DNA of 64,000 nucleotides from Leidyana gryllorum EB-2025a (taxonomy: Eukaryota; Protista; Apicomplexa): positions 124,001-188,000 of the forward strand of contig JBLWGC010000202.1 in the NCBI GenBank assembly GCA_048772705.1. Reading direction: 5' to 3'. Under the pieces are notes generated by a model that saw nothing but the letters and a program-made list of their open reading frames with translations, had not been told where the DNA came from and made no database searches. The number at the start of each line of letters is the position of its first letter. Position 1 is the stretch's first letter. Of the stretch, positions 30,592 through 42,168 are shown piece after piece. A program made the position numbers and the translations under genes.

Positions 30592-33524
30592 TAGGGATTC
30601 GGTGTTTCTTTTTTCATGGAGCCAAGTTCGGACGGTCGTCGATCTGATGGTTGTGGAATCATCGGGGCATCCGGAGGACAGACTTCTCAAGCTTCGGTCG
30701 ACACTTACTCGACGCGTCGGTGGAACAAGTGAAAAGTCTGCCCCTCGCTGTCCGTTGTATCGCGTGTGAGGCATTGTGACGGAGTTGGCCTCACCGTCAC
30801 GGCACCCACATCTCGTGGCACGCAGAATAAATATAGGCTCGCGATTGACGCATATGGGATTTGTCAATTTTACGCCGTGCGCAATCACAAATGTGTGGTC
30901 TTGGATGCTCGATTCCGGGCGCATAAACCTCCATCATCCGGATGTCGAACTCAGACATACCGTATCCGGCATAGAACCGCTCAGAGCCGCTTCACGAGCA
31001 GCTAAGCGATCAGAAGCTCCGAGAAAGTGAGCTTTTCTCGAAGTCCTTCCTGAAGCCCTTCAGTAATATGGTGCGCGTCGCCAGCCAAGTCGACAACTCA
31101 GAATTCAGTGTGTTCCATGGCAGTTCCTTCAGAGATATCCGACTGATCACTGTCTCCAGGTGGAACGTCACACCCAACTCGACAAAGTCTGATAGAATCT
31201 ATCGTGTTTGGAAAGACCGCCGAACTCACTGTCGGTCGACCAAGGTCCTTTGTGGGGTGGCGATGAATCCATCAAAGCGATGTTTCGGACCAAGCATGGC
31301 AAGATTGTGCACAAGCGACATGAAGAACGGGATGCAACGCACCAAGATACCCCGTGGTGGGCACCGTTCTCACACAATCCTCCTCTTACACAAACAAATC
31401 CCCTATAGAGATCGGAATGAAACTCCACAAGTGCGTATTTCAACACGCCTTCTGCTTCTTCGTTGTGATCTCTCCATCATCAGCCAAACACATCGACCAA
31501 CAGCGTGAGAGAGTTCCCCCCACCATGTCTGCACAGTGACCCATAACGACACTTCGGGGATTCCGGGGATCAGCTTGACGATGTTGGCTGCTGATCTTCG
31601 AAGTACCTTCGTCAAACAGAGTGATAAGTCTCGACGGAGTGTTTAGGGAACCTTCTCGACCCGTAGGGTGTCATAGCTGCAGTTGCCGAAATATTGATGG
31701 AAAGAGAGAGAATAGTCTGGCAGAAGCTGCAGAATTACTTACTATCGTCGGGAGGTACATCGAGAAACACACTAAAGCGCAAGGAACTCCCCGGAGTCCG
31801 GTCTCAGAAAGAGCGTAACCAAGACAGCGAAAAATGTCGAAGATGAAATGGATGGGACTAACGCTTTGTTCCACCCTGACAGTCAGCTATGACTCAGAGT
31901 CTCCCACCCCAGCCCCAGCCCCAGCCGGGGCCAATTTCCCAGAACAGCCCCCAGTTGAGACGGCGCCACGAGGACCAGATGAGAGCAGAAGAAGGCAGTA
32001 TGACCAACGAAGGAGGGGGCGAGGTGGTTGGGATGTGTTGTGTACAGGGAGGAAAAGAAGGGGAGGGAAGGGGGAAAGAGGGCCGGTTGTTGATAGAACT
32101 ACCGATAATTTAGGGAGAGGGAGACGATGTCTCCATGTACCATACGTCACAAAATACAGAGTTGCAGCATGGTAAGTTGTTGTGGTGGGGGTAGATAAAG
32201 TCCGCTATGCAGTGTCTCTCTGCGCTATGTGTTGGCTGGTGTGGCCGCATAGTTACAAAACTGCTGATAGGGAGGCTGGGGGACGGGATAAATATCAGCT
32301 TCGGCCAGCCCGCGATTCTCGAAAACCTTGGTGATCTTGCCGCCTGATGGAAGGTTCATTCCTGCCTCAAATGTCAGGACAATCTCGCCTAACCAATCAG
32401 GAGTTGCGCTTGAACTGTGTAGAAGAAGACGAGATCACAGACTTAGAAGGGGGAGTATATGTGGTGGGTGAAGTGGCAGAACTTGCCTTTTGTGAGTTGT
32501 AGCCCGGCACCGAAGTCATTCTATCACATCACACTCTGGAGACGGGGACTACACTCTTGTTGGTGGGAGTGTGTCAAGTTGTGAGTTGTCAAGAGACACC
32601 GACTGCCATTGTGTGGGCTGTTCTCTCCCCTCGAGGAGGATTTCTCTCTCAACTACTGACGCCGTCTCGATTGCTGGAGACAGAGAGTCAGTGCATGAAA
32701 TTCAGTTTTGGGTCGTAATTGTCAGTTGATGGTTGGACAGAGAAGCCCGAAGCAGAAGAAGAACAGTCAGTGAGCGAGGGGTCAGTCAGTTAGTCAGTCA
32801 GTCAATCAGAAGTCAGTCAGATAGATTGAGTGGTTCATCAGTCAGGTGCTCTGCACATCGTGTTGGAGACGCCCACAGCCGACCTCTGAGTGGTGGCCGT
32901 ATCGAATTAAGCTGCGTTGCAAGCCTAAGCAGCGCAGGTTTTGGGCGGCTCCACTCCGTCCGTGTGTCGGTGATTCCATTGTGTGATGGAGAAGAGCTGT
33001 ACAAACAAGGGCGCAAGCAGCAACAAAGGAGGCGAAGTTCGCGCTTGAATGAAAGGTCAGTCAAAAGTTGTCACCGTCTGGTTGATCATGAAGGCCGTCA
33101 CCTCTCTTAGTAGCTCATTCAAGTTGTTCGTTGAGCTAGCCGAGGTATCCATGATTTGGTACGGAGCTTCCAAACCTGTTGTTGATGCTGAATCGGCGGC
33201 CGTTATCAGGAAGTCCGCCGGACCTGAACTCCGATTGTGAGCATCCAGCGACGGAATGGCAAATCCTGAAGCTTTGAAAACCAATAATTTCAAATGAAGC
33301 AACCGCGAGTGCGGTGGGGAAACGAGCGGGGAGCCACGAACGCAGAAACAGACGATGCGGACGGAATCCACCACAAACAAACAGCAGAGACAAGTTCGAA
33401 GCTTAGAGACAACGAACTTGGCCTATCCGCGTGCACATCCCAGTACCGCTGGACACAATAGGCAGCACACACAATCCCTAGTCGAAAAGCAAAAAAGACA
33501 AAGATCGGAGACAGACAAAGATTG

Positions 33525-33529
<5 letters not shown>

Positions 33530-33559
<30 letters not shown>
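33530..33559. repeat. (AG)15 microsatellite
   Basis: Read directly. Confidence 0.9.
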
Positions 33560-33562
<3 letters not shown>

Positions 33563-34519
33563 CAGGCCGAATACAAGACCATATGGACCCGCTGGAAGAA
33601 AGTTTGTGTCGGTGTCAGGAGGAGCGAGATTGAGACACGAGTGAGACAGAAGACAGTGGACTTACAGACATGGAAACCACATTATTGTACTATATAGTCG
33701 AACCATGAAAGGATCTCATCAATACATATGATCACAAACATGAGCCCATTGATTTGCGTTTCGTGTGAGATCGTCGCCGTCACCATTGTCACCTTCTCCA
33801 CCCAACTCATCTAGACGGGGATCCACGACACTCACTCAGCGGTGTCTTGGTGGAATCAAAATCCCGCTTATTCGGCAACGCTGTCGATCCGAAGCGGAGC
33901 TGTGGTGGTCTGACGTGTCTCAACGCGGGTTGCATTACGTACGGATGAATAAGTGCGTGTAAGTGTGCATATGGACACATCAGGTAGTCCGAGACACCTC
34001 TCAAATCAAGCACGGTTTGCGGTGTAGGGACTGTAACAACACTCGGCGGAGCCACCTCCGCCCGTACGGAAGAATCGTTCGAACCTTTGGGTTGATGAAG
34101 ACACTCAAATAATAGGCAGACAAACGAAGAAGAGACGGCGGAATGATGGATAGATAGACAGATAAATAGATAGAGACCCAAGCTCGTAGGAGGGGAAATT
34201 CGATAAATGAAGTGTCAAAGAGGTTTGCCAACCGTTCTCATCAGGTGTTTGACTGATTCGGGCGTGAGGGAGCAGCAAATCTTGTGAGCTGAGCACTTTA
34301 GACGAGAGGCATGAGGTGGCGGCATTCGTCAATGTCGTCAGCTGACACTCATTCCATTCACTCCGCCAGCGAAAATCATCGTGTGCGACGGGACAAAGGA
34401 TGCCAACGGACAACGAACGAACGAGAATCGCCTCTGTGTGATTGAATGACCACCGCAATAGCGCTCGGGCACAACGGGTATTTGCTCTCACCCATAACAT
34501 CCATTGAAAAGGGTTGATA

Positions 34520-35743
34520 TCATTCTTTAACGAACGAGGTGGCGAAAATTGCGTCAAGCAGATCGGGGTGGGTGGAGAGATAGCGGATACCGAACTCACC
34601 AACTTCGAAGCTGGTTCGCCTGGGAGAGGGGCGATGGTGATTGTAATGATTATTCGCAGATGTGGGTGACGTGATCGGCTGGTGGTAAGGCGACGCGTCC
34701 AGGGCAGAAGACTTCATAAGCATGGCAAGCTCCTCATCACGAAGGCGCTGTCTGCGACGTTTACGCTGCTCCCTACGTTTGCGGGCGCGGGTCATTTTTG
34801 CGCCCGTTGTGGTCTTCGACCGTTGGTCGTCATCGTCTCCGCTTGAACCCACACTAATAGCGGCAGGCGACCAGGTTCCACTGTTGTACGCGGCCGCCCC
34901 GCCGGACATGAGGTAATTTGCACCGAAGAGCAAAGAACTCAAAGCTTCTTCATGGCCTGCCGCTGCATCAACAGGGGAGTACGGCGTTGTCGCCGCGGCT
35001 TCGGCTTCCGGGTCCGTCCCCTCTTGACCTTCACTATCCGTCGAAAACTGCGAGCATCCATCGCTCTTCGTGCCTCTATTTTTCGACAAACTACTGTGTT
35101 CCGGGCCTACCATTCGGGCGGAGACGGTCCGTCGGACAGCGCTCTTCACAACCAGCAGATCCATTTCCCCGTCGGTACACCCCTGACCATTTCGTTTCCC
35201 TTCCAGACACCCACAGTAGCACGGATACTGCGGCTCGAACCCGTGGTGCGAGCTCACCACGCCTAGAACCATCTTTCCTTCCACTCCAGCGCCGCCACAC
35301 CTCATCCAAGATCGACCTTCCGCCCCATCGAGGCTCCAGTAATGCAGCACATAGTGGCTTGGCCATTCCGGACGATCCAAGTCGGATGACGCTGGCTGAA
35401 CAAGGAAGCCAAAATCTTCGTCTTCAGCACAGAACTCTTTCCAGGCAGCCGCTTCCACTCCCCGACTCCTCACCTGCACACCCAGCGGCAGAGGAGGGCG
35501 AGGAGATGGAGTGTACAGTCGCCCATCACTCGATGCCTCGCTAACGGATGCCAGCCGAGCTATTCGCCCGCTGTTCAACAACCCTCCTGTCCAAGGAGGT
35601 TCACTCGTCTCTCTGGGTATAGATGAGGGAAGCATATTCATCTCACGCTGCTCGCACTTCAACACTGTCTTCCGTACCAATTTCTCCAATACAAACGCTT
35701 CCATTCCGCGCTCCTCCTCGCCGCTACTTGACGTCGAGAGCAA
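34520..35743 (-). CDS. Large exon of an uncharacterised protein (basic RARKRREQRKRRRQR segment); boundaries uncertain
   Basis: 407-codon ORF. A probable GTGAGT donor near 34598 suggests further exons. It may join the upstream 35983-37862 gene. Confidence 0.5.
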   Translation of the reverse strand: MLSTSSSGEEERGMEAFVLEKLVRKTVLKCEQREMNMLPSSIPRETSEPPWTGGLLNSGRIARLASVSEASSDGRLYTPSPRPPLPLGVQVRSRGVEAAAWKEFCAEDEDFGFLVQPASSDLDRPEWPSHYVLHYWSLDGAEGRSWMRCGGAGVEGKMVLGVVSSHHGFEPQYPCYCGCLEGKRNGQGCTDGEMDLLVVKSAVRRTVSARMVGPEHSSLSKNRGTKSDGCSQFSTDSEGQEGTDPEAEAAATTPYSPVDAAAGHEEALSSLLFGANYLMSGGAAAYNSGTWSPAAISVGSSGDDDDQRSKTTTGAKMTRARKRREQRKRRRQRLRDEELAMLMKSSALDASPYHQPITSPTSANNHYNHHRPSPRRTSFEVGEFGIRYLSTHPDLLDAIFATSFVKE

Positions 35744-35982
35744 AGACTCTCGGCGGGCTTGAAGCTTCTCCAGAAGTTTCCCTTCGCTGTAAATACCCGA
35801 GTCGCGACGGTCTCCTCCTGAAATAGCGGGGTGTTAAGAATGGTCAACTTCACACATGAAACCAAGTCAGGCCGTGCTCTGATAATGGGCACAGCGTCCT
35901 CTCCACTACGGGAGCGCCTCTTCCGATCATGTAGCACCACAGCTATAGAACATACACCCGATGAGCGAGACCGGAGACATCA

Positions 35983-37862
35983 TCATACACGTCCAGTTAA
36001 CTTTGGTGGGGCGAGCAACCGGAATGGCTGATCCCCAACAGGAGGAGACTTGACCTTTGCGGCTGAGTGGTCCACAGGTTCAGCGGAGACACGCAGCTTG
36101 CTGTTCTCGCCACATGCGACGACAAGCCAGCTCCACAAGACACCATACACTCTGAGATGGAACGAGGGCAACGCGGAAACACAGGAGAATGGCCGCTCGA
36201 CAAGACGAGAATGGGCACTCAATAGCACGCAAGAGGAGAGACTGAGAGCCGACAACACACGGGACGAGACAGTCGACAGCACACAACACACGAGACGAGA
36301 CACTCGACAGCACACAACACACGAGACGAGAGGCTCGACAACACACAACACACGAGACGAGAGGCTCGACAACACACAAGACACGAGACGAGACGAGAGA
36401 CTCGACAGCACACAACACACGAGACGAGACGAGATGCGAGATAGGACACGAGACACGAGACGAGACAGCACACAACACACGAGACGAGAGGCTCGACAGC
36501 ACACAACACACGAGATGCGAGATAGCACACGAGACACGAGACTCGACAGCACACAACACACGAGACGAGACGAGAGGCGAGACAGCACACGAGACACGAG
36601 ATGCGAGATAGCACACGAGACACGAGACTCGACAGCACACAACACACGAGACGAGACGAGAGGCGAGACAGCACACGAGACACGAGACGAGACACGAGAC
36701 AGCACACAACACACGAGACGAGAGACTCGACAGCACACGAGACACGAGACGAGAGTGCTTGGAGGCCCAATACTCACAAGACGTCTGAAGAAGTGCATAG
36801 CACACAACAGTGGTCACGATGGAAGTCACGTTTGATAGGGGTGCAATGATTTGGAGTTTCCGTGTGCTCACCTGAGCTATGCGAGTCGAGTGGCAGCAGC
36901 TCGTCGACCCTGGCGGGCATGCCGAGGCTGCTGGCGCGGTGGCGTCTGCGGGTGGAATGTGGCGTGTTGATATATGAGGGAGCCGGCGTTGGTTCGACAG
37001 AAACGTGTGCAGCAGTGAGGTGCTCATCTGCTCGTCTACGTCTGGCGGAGAAGTGAGTGTCTTGTTCGTCTTGTATTGGGTCGTTGGTGGGTTCTATGAT
37101 GATTCGGAATCGCGTGCCGGCAGATGCGGTGCGGAAGACCATAGTTTCGCCCTGTGCGGTGCGGGCGAGGACTTCGAGGGCGGCTGAATCGTCAAACATG
37201 AGTTGTACATAGCGCGTGGCAAGTTTCCCCTTCTCGGACAAATCTAGAGACAATACCGGCTTGAGATCGTCTCGGAAGTGGGAGCCGCAGAAAGTGGTTT
37301 TGGAAGCGGGTGGTGTGCGTGCGAGCTCGGCCCTGGAGGCTATTGTGGAGTCTCCCACGTCTTTGTAAGACATGGAGGGCGGTTTTGAGGATTCGAAGGC
37401 CTCTATCAATTTTCGGACGCGTTTGGCGCCCGCCTCGGCTGCGGCCGTGCGCGGCGAGGGCGACGAGGAGTGTGCACGTTGCTCTCTGAGTGGCAGAGGC
37501 GGTAGTTGGAGTCGCGAGCCGGCCGGTGCCTCAGCCGGGGGGTGGGAGTTGAACGCGACGGTTTGTCGTGGGTCAGAGAGCGTTCGGTCGGGTGCCGACC
37601 GCAGGATAGCGCGGGTGTGTGTAGACACAAACCGCGTCAGTCCGGCGCGGGGCGGAGCGGGCATGTAGTTGTTGCTGGCGAGACTCAGGATTTGAGCAGC
37701 CTGTGGCGGAGGTTTGGGCGGCGCAGCGGTAGTATAAGAGGACATTATTGCTTGGGGTGGAAACCAGTTCGCACTCTCCTTTGGCCGCCAGAGGTCATCC
37801 GCCCTCACGAAAAAGGGGGGCCGGGAGGTGGTTGCGTGATCCCGGTGCTGGTGGTGCATCAC
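35983..37862 (-). CDS. Uncharacterised Pro/Ser-rich protein with a 626-nt repeat-filled intron (36777-36152); may continue downstream
   Basis: The 362-codon ORF ends at a TT|GTGAGT donor. The acceptor TTCCATCTCAG|A at 36152 restores the frame (..SSDVLVYGVLWSWLVV..). Confidence 0.5.
36251..36755. repeat. Compound modular tandem repeat (CACACAACACAC / GAGAC / GACTCGACAG / GATGCGAGATAG modules), intronic
   Basis: Read directly; nearly T-free on the plus strand. It generates the spurious SRLVCCVL and STQHTRRD ORFs. Confidence 0.9.
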
Positions 37863-37916
37863 TCTCTCTCTATTATATCACCCTCACTTCACAAAAACAT
37901 GAATCCATTTTCGGTA

Positions 37917-40795
37917 CTAAGTGATGTACTGATAGTTTCTCCTGACAAAGCCACCGTCCAATTTCAAGTATTGAGTACAACTTACGCATCGTCTGGGTCA
38001 CGCATCAAATACTCGCGGTTAATCAACACCTCAATACGGTCTTTGACCGCCTGAGGCGTTGGCAGAAAGTTCCACCGCCCCACAGCTTCGTTCACAGCGG
38101 CCACTAAGGCACTGTGACTCATCGTACGCTGCTGCTTCATCAAACGCACAATCGCCGCCTCAATTCTGCACAACAAATCAATGCTCGCCAACGGGAGAGG
38201 CTCAAAACAGCACTTACATTGATTGTCGAGCGAGTTCGACTGCCTGTGGAACTCCGGTGGCGTCGTTGATTCTGATGCCCACCAGCGACTCTGTACTCGG
38301 GTCTTCTTCCCCCACTGCCGGGTCGATGAGTCCGGCGCTCCGGGCTGCGTCTCTTTCCAACGCCGCCCCGTCTCTCTTGGCCTTGAAAGCCTTGGCAGTC
38401 AGCACTGGACACACCAGCCGTCTCCGGTCGGAGCGGAAGCGGGTGTTGACGCTGAGGAGGTCCTCGTCGCCCAACACCCCCCCCTGAGACGCCGTCTGAA
38501 GAGTGAGAACGGCCACGTTGGGTTTCAGGTAAAGTCCCATCGCCTGCCGAGTGGCATAAGAGACACTTTGGGCATTCAGCCCGAGCAGCTCAATGACACT
38601 CTTCCAGGACAGCGTAGGGGACTGATTGAAGAGGAGCAGTATCATCAGTTGCATCGTAGTACAGGTTAGGTCGACGTACACCTCATCACTTCTCGTGGGT
38701 CTGAACCGAACGACCCCCTTTCCGCTCTCGACCAGCCATTTGAGTTTACGGTGCTCGTGCACTGTTCGGTAGTACGCCTCGAACCCGTGAGCCGAGATCT
38801 GCATTGAGGGCAGGTGGCAAAACTCTATGGTGGCCGTGTCCGCTTGGCCCCGCATCCACTGCGTCGCGGCCACCACCAGCGGTCTCAGGTGGGACACCGG
38901 CTCCCCGCCCTCCACCATCGCCGTCTCCATGGCGAGAGCGTCTTCGAACCCAGAGACGCAGTCTCTCGAGAGGACAATGTCGTCCAACAAACCTTTCAGT
39001 TTGGTGACATAATTGTCGCCACACTCCTCCTGAAACGGTTTGATGGCCTCCCGCTCGAGCTCAATGGGCCCAGACGCCCACCCGTCCGGGTCGTCATCCA
39101 CATAGCGTCTCGCGAGCACATCCAGAACGCGATTGATCAATTGGAGTCGATAGTGATACTCAAAGGTATCGTGGTTCTGGAGAGCCTGGAATGGTGCCAT
39201 TATCGCTGTGCGACAGTAATCTCTGATCACTTTGCACGCCTCTTCTTGACTCGCCGTCACCATCTTCCCGGTATGTAAATCAATCAACATCTCATTCATT
39301 GCCGCAACCAACTTTTGAGAGAATACTCTCGACGTCTCGGAGACGTGGGATAATGCTTTGTTTATCTGCAGCATCAATGAGGCATCCTCACTCAGACACT
39401 CCCCAACAAACGACTCGTGCCGTTGCCGTAAAAGCGTCAGATCGTCCACGCACGTTTTCGCGCGTACTCCTCCACGCTGCAGACACTCCAAAATCTCCGT
39501 CTCCAATACATCCCGATACTTTAGTACAAATGCGTTCTTACCCTCCTCCGACACCCGCAATATGTTCCACAAAGCCCGGGCCGCACTCAGGTCCTGCCGC
39601 CGAAAGATCTCAAGCAACGATACCTCCCCGTTCTCCAACAGCGTCCCAATCAACTTGTTACGCCAGTGAGTCGTCACCAATCCGTCGTGGTGCTGCAAAG
39701 TGCTCGGCTCCCGAATCCCTAACGCCAACAAAATATCGCGCTCCTGAGTCGTCCTCCGGTACACCTGCAACACACAGTCGGTCGGGGGGTGTCACACACT
39801 GTCACACGCCCTGTCACACACAGTCACCACACGCACGGTCACCACCACACGCACTGTCACCACCACACACACTGCCACACGCACTGTCACCACCACACAC
39901 ACTGTCACCACCACACGCACTGTCACCACCACACACACTGCCACACAATTAGTGTCATTCCGTCTTGTTAGTCTCACATAATCCAACAGTGGTCGGCCAG
40001 AGAGGTTCTTCTGGGCCCATCTGACGTCTTCGGCAAAGTACTCCTCGGTGGCTCGACTGAGAGGCTCGGTGACGTACTTTGCGTATGCATCCAGTCTCCG
40101 TTCCGGCTGATCAGTGGCCAATACCGAAACCACAACGTCTCGTAGGGCTTCCATAGATTCCGATTTGGTGAGGGCGGTCGGATCGTCGGCGTGCCGCAGA
40201 GTCCGCATGGCTTCGAGGATGAGGTCTGTGAGTCTCGCCCCCACTGGGCTCTCCTGGAAGACGCGGGCTCTGAAAGAAATTGGGTGTGGGATAGATAGAC
40301 GACAGTTGAAGGCTACCGGAACTGTATGGAGGCGAGTCTTTGTACCGAAGGTTCGCCTAATCTGGCGCAGTGATTCTTCTCCATATAGAGGAGAAGGTCA
40401 GCAATGATCATTGTAGCCGCCTCGAAGGCCCTGTATTTCTTGGCAAAGGCCGAGGCGAGTTCGTCTGGACTGAGAGTCTCGAGTTCCTGAGCGATATTCC
40501 GGCAGACCTTTTCGAACCAGCGACGAGTCTCCCGGTACAGAAAGTCCCCACACTGTTTGACCACGAGGGCGTGACCGGAGCTGTTATAAGGCAGAATGCG
40601 TGAAAGAGGGGCTGCAGGAAAGATAGGCACTGACCGATACAGCTCTGCATAACTGAAAGTGTGTATCTCGTCACCACGCAGTATGGCATAAAAGGCCACT
40701 TCAAGCTGCTGCCATAAGCGATCGCGTGCTTCTGTACTGAGCGGGGCGACCAGGTGCCCAGTCAGGGTACCTCGGAAGCCCGCAACCGGAGCCAT
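37917..40795 (-). CDS. Cullin (divergent, cullin-3-like), 5 inferred introns
   Basis: N-terminal FSYAELYR..GDFLY and ADLLLYMEK. Cullin domain FEYHYRLQLINRVL, ECGDNYVTKLKGLLDDI, YYRTVHEHRKLKWL. Neddylation domain IEAAIVRLMKQQR..VKDRIEVLINREYLMRD. Last exon ARNYQYIT*. Confidence 0.92.
39791..39947. repeat. Tandem repeat with ~18-nt unit (CACTGTCACCACCACACR) inside the 213-nt cullin intron 39977-39765
   Basis: Read directly. The flanking GTGAG and TTGCAG splice sites join DY|VYRRTTQER in frame. Confidence 0.88.
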
Positions 40796-41050
40796 TTAGG
40801 TTTGTGCGAGGCTGCTGATAAGACGCCCTCTCTCTTCTTACAGAGAGCGACGGACAATTCTTCTTCCGCTCTGCTGCTGCTGCTGCTGCTGTTGGTGGAC
40901 CTCCCCCGACGGTCGGTCGTCACTCGCGCTACTTCGTGACACACGCACACACACCTTTTTTTCCTACACATATGGTCATCAATCTACGTGTTCAGGACTA
41001 TTGGTGCCTAAGCCGGCGGACTGTCGCTGATGTTCTGAGAAGGGGTTCGT

Positions 41051-42168
41051 TTATTTCGCCGGCGAAATTGATTGGTGCTTACTCAACAAATCCTGAAGCT
41101 CTTGAATCACTTGTTGTTCATGAGTGGCCCTCTCGTCCATATTCAGCAGAGCCAGGGCTCGCTGCTCTTCAGCTGTGTATATCTGATTCTCTTTGCGGAT
41201 TCGGACGGCATTCATACGCCGATGTCTGTAGAGAGAGGCGAAATTGATTGTTCGGATGGAAGGGTCCACGTACCGAGAGCCGCTCATTACGTAGCCGAGC
41301 TGTTCATATGACTCAATCTCCTCCGCTGTCAGTCCAACCTCTCCGCGACGGGGTATACGGCGTCCGCTTTGCACAAACTGAGCCATCGCCTCGCCCTCTC
41401 CCGGCCTCAACTGGCCGCCATACCTGATATCCAAAGCTGAATGGCCGCCACGTTAACACACACACACACTTACCCTCCTCCTTGGCGGTTCTTTAGTCTT
41501 CCGCCCGCGCCAGAGGCGTCTCGGGAGAGATTGTCCTCCAAATCGCTCCCGTTGGGTGACAGATCGGGTGTGACTCCGCCGTTGTGCTCTTTGGCGGCTT
41601 TGCGCCGACGGTACGCAGCTTCAGCCCGGACTTGACGAGACTCTTCCACGGCCGCTGAGGTCAGGGCGGCAATATCGAGATCAGAGTCTGAGGATACGGG
41701 CGGGGGGTCTGTGGGCTGACCGTCGCCCGGTGCTTCGGCTATGGTGGCGGCGGCGGCGTGGCGGCGGTGTTTTCGGCCTCTGTGGGAGTCCGAGTCGTGC
41801 CGGCGGCGGCCGGCCTTGTCTGACCGTCGCGATTTGTGGCGGCGGCGCCCGTCTGAGGCGGCGTCGGGCTCTGCTGAGGGGTCGCTGAGCGCCGCGTCGC
41901 GGCCTCTATGTGCGTGGAGGGGGTTATCGAGTGGTTCGGGTTTGGCTTCTTGAGGTGAAGATGGTTTCTCTGAAAACGGGGGTGGAGGGTGCTCGCTAGT
42001 CTTAGCATCGCTATTATTGTTCTCATCAGCGTCGTCGTCGTCGTTCAGGGAGGAGCCATCGGCCGAGGGTTCGTATATATGGGGTGTTGGGGCTTCGGCT
42101 CGCCTCCGATTGCGTTCATCGAGCCAGGCTTCAAAGGAGGTCCAGTCTTCAGGCGGTCGATTCGGCAT
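41051..42168 (-). CDS. NKAP: NKAP family splicing factor (NKAP C-terminal/DUF926 domain), 2 introns
   Basis: [75 protein letters not shown]. ATG at 42168 in an AAAAACAATG context. Confidence 0.9.

Noticed and set aside
31200-31330. PNSLSVDQGP segment faintly resembling a retroelement integrase core
   Set aside because: There is no first Asp motif, no PQxNGxxER motif, and no RT, RNase H or LTR nearby. Too weak without a profile search.
31830-33400. Possible small spliced minus-strand gene(s) in the transition zone
   Set aside because: Splice-like signals are present, but I could not assemble a consistent reading frame or recognise a product.
35983-37027. Long repetitive ORFs in several frames (SRLVCCVL.., STQHTRRD..)
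   Set aside because: They are artefacts of a stop-poor tandem repeat that lies inside an inferred intron.
39789-39971. His/Cys-rich ORF (HHHTHC)n resembling a metal-binding peptide
   Set aside because: It is the antisense translation of the cullin intronic repeat and has no ATG start.
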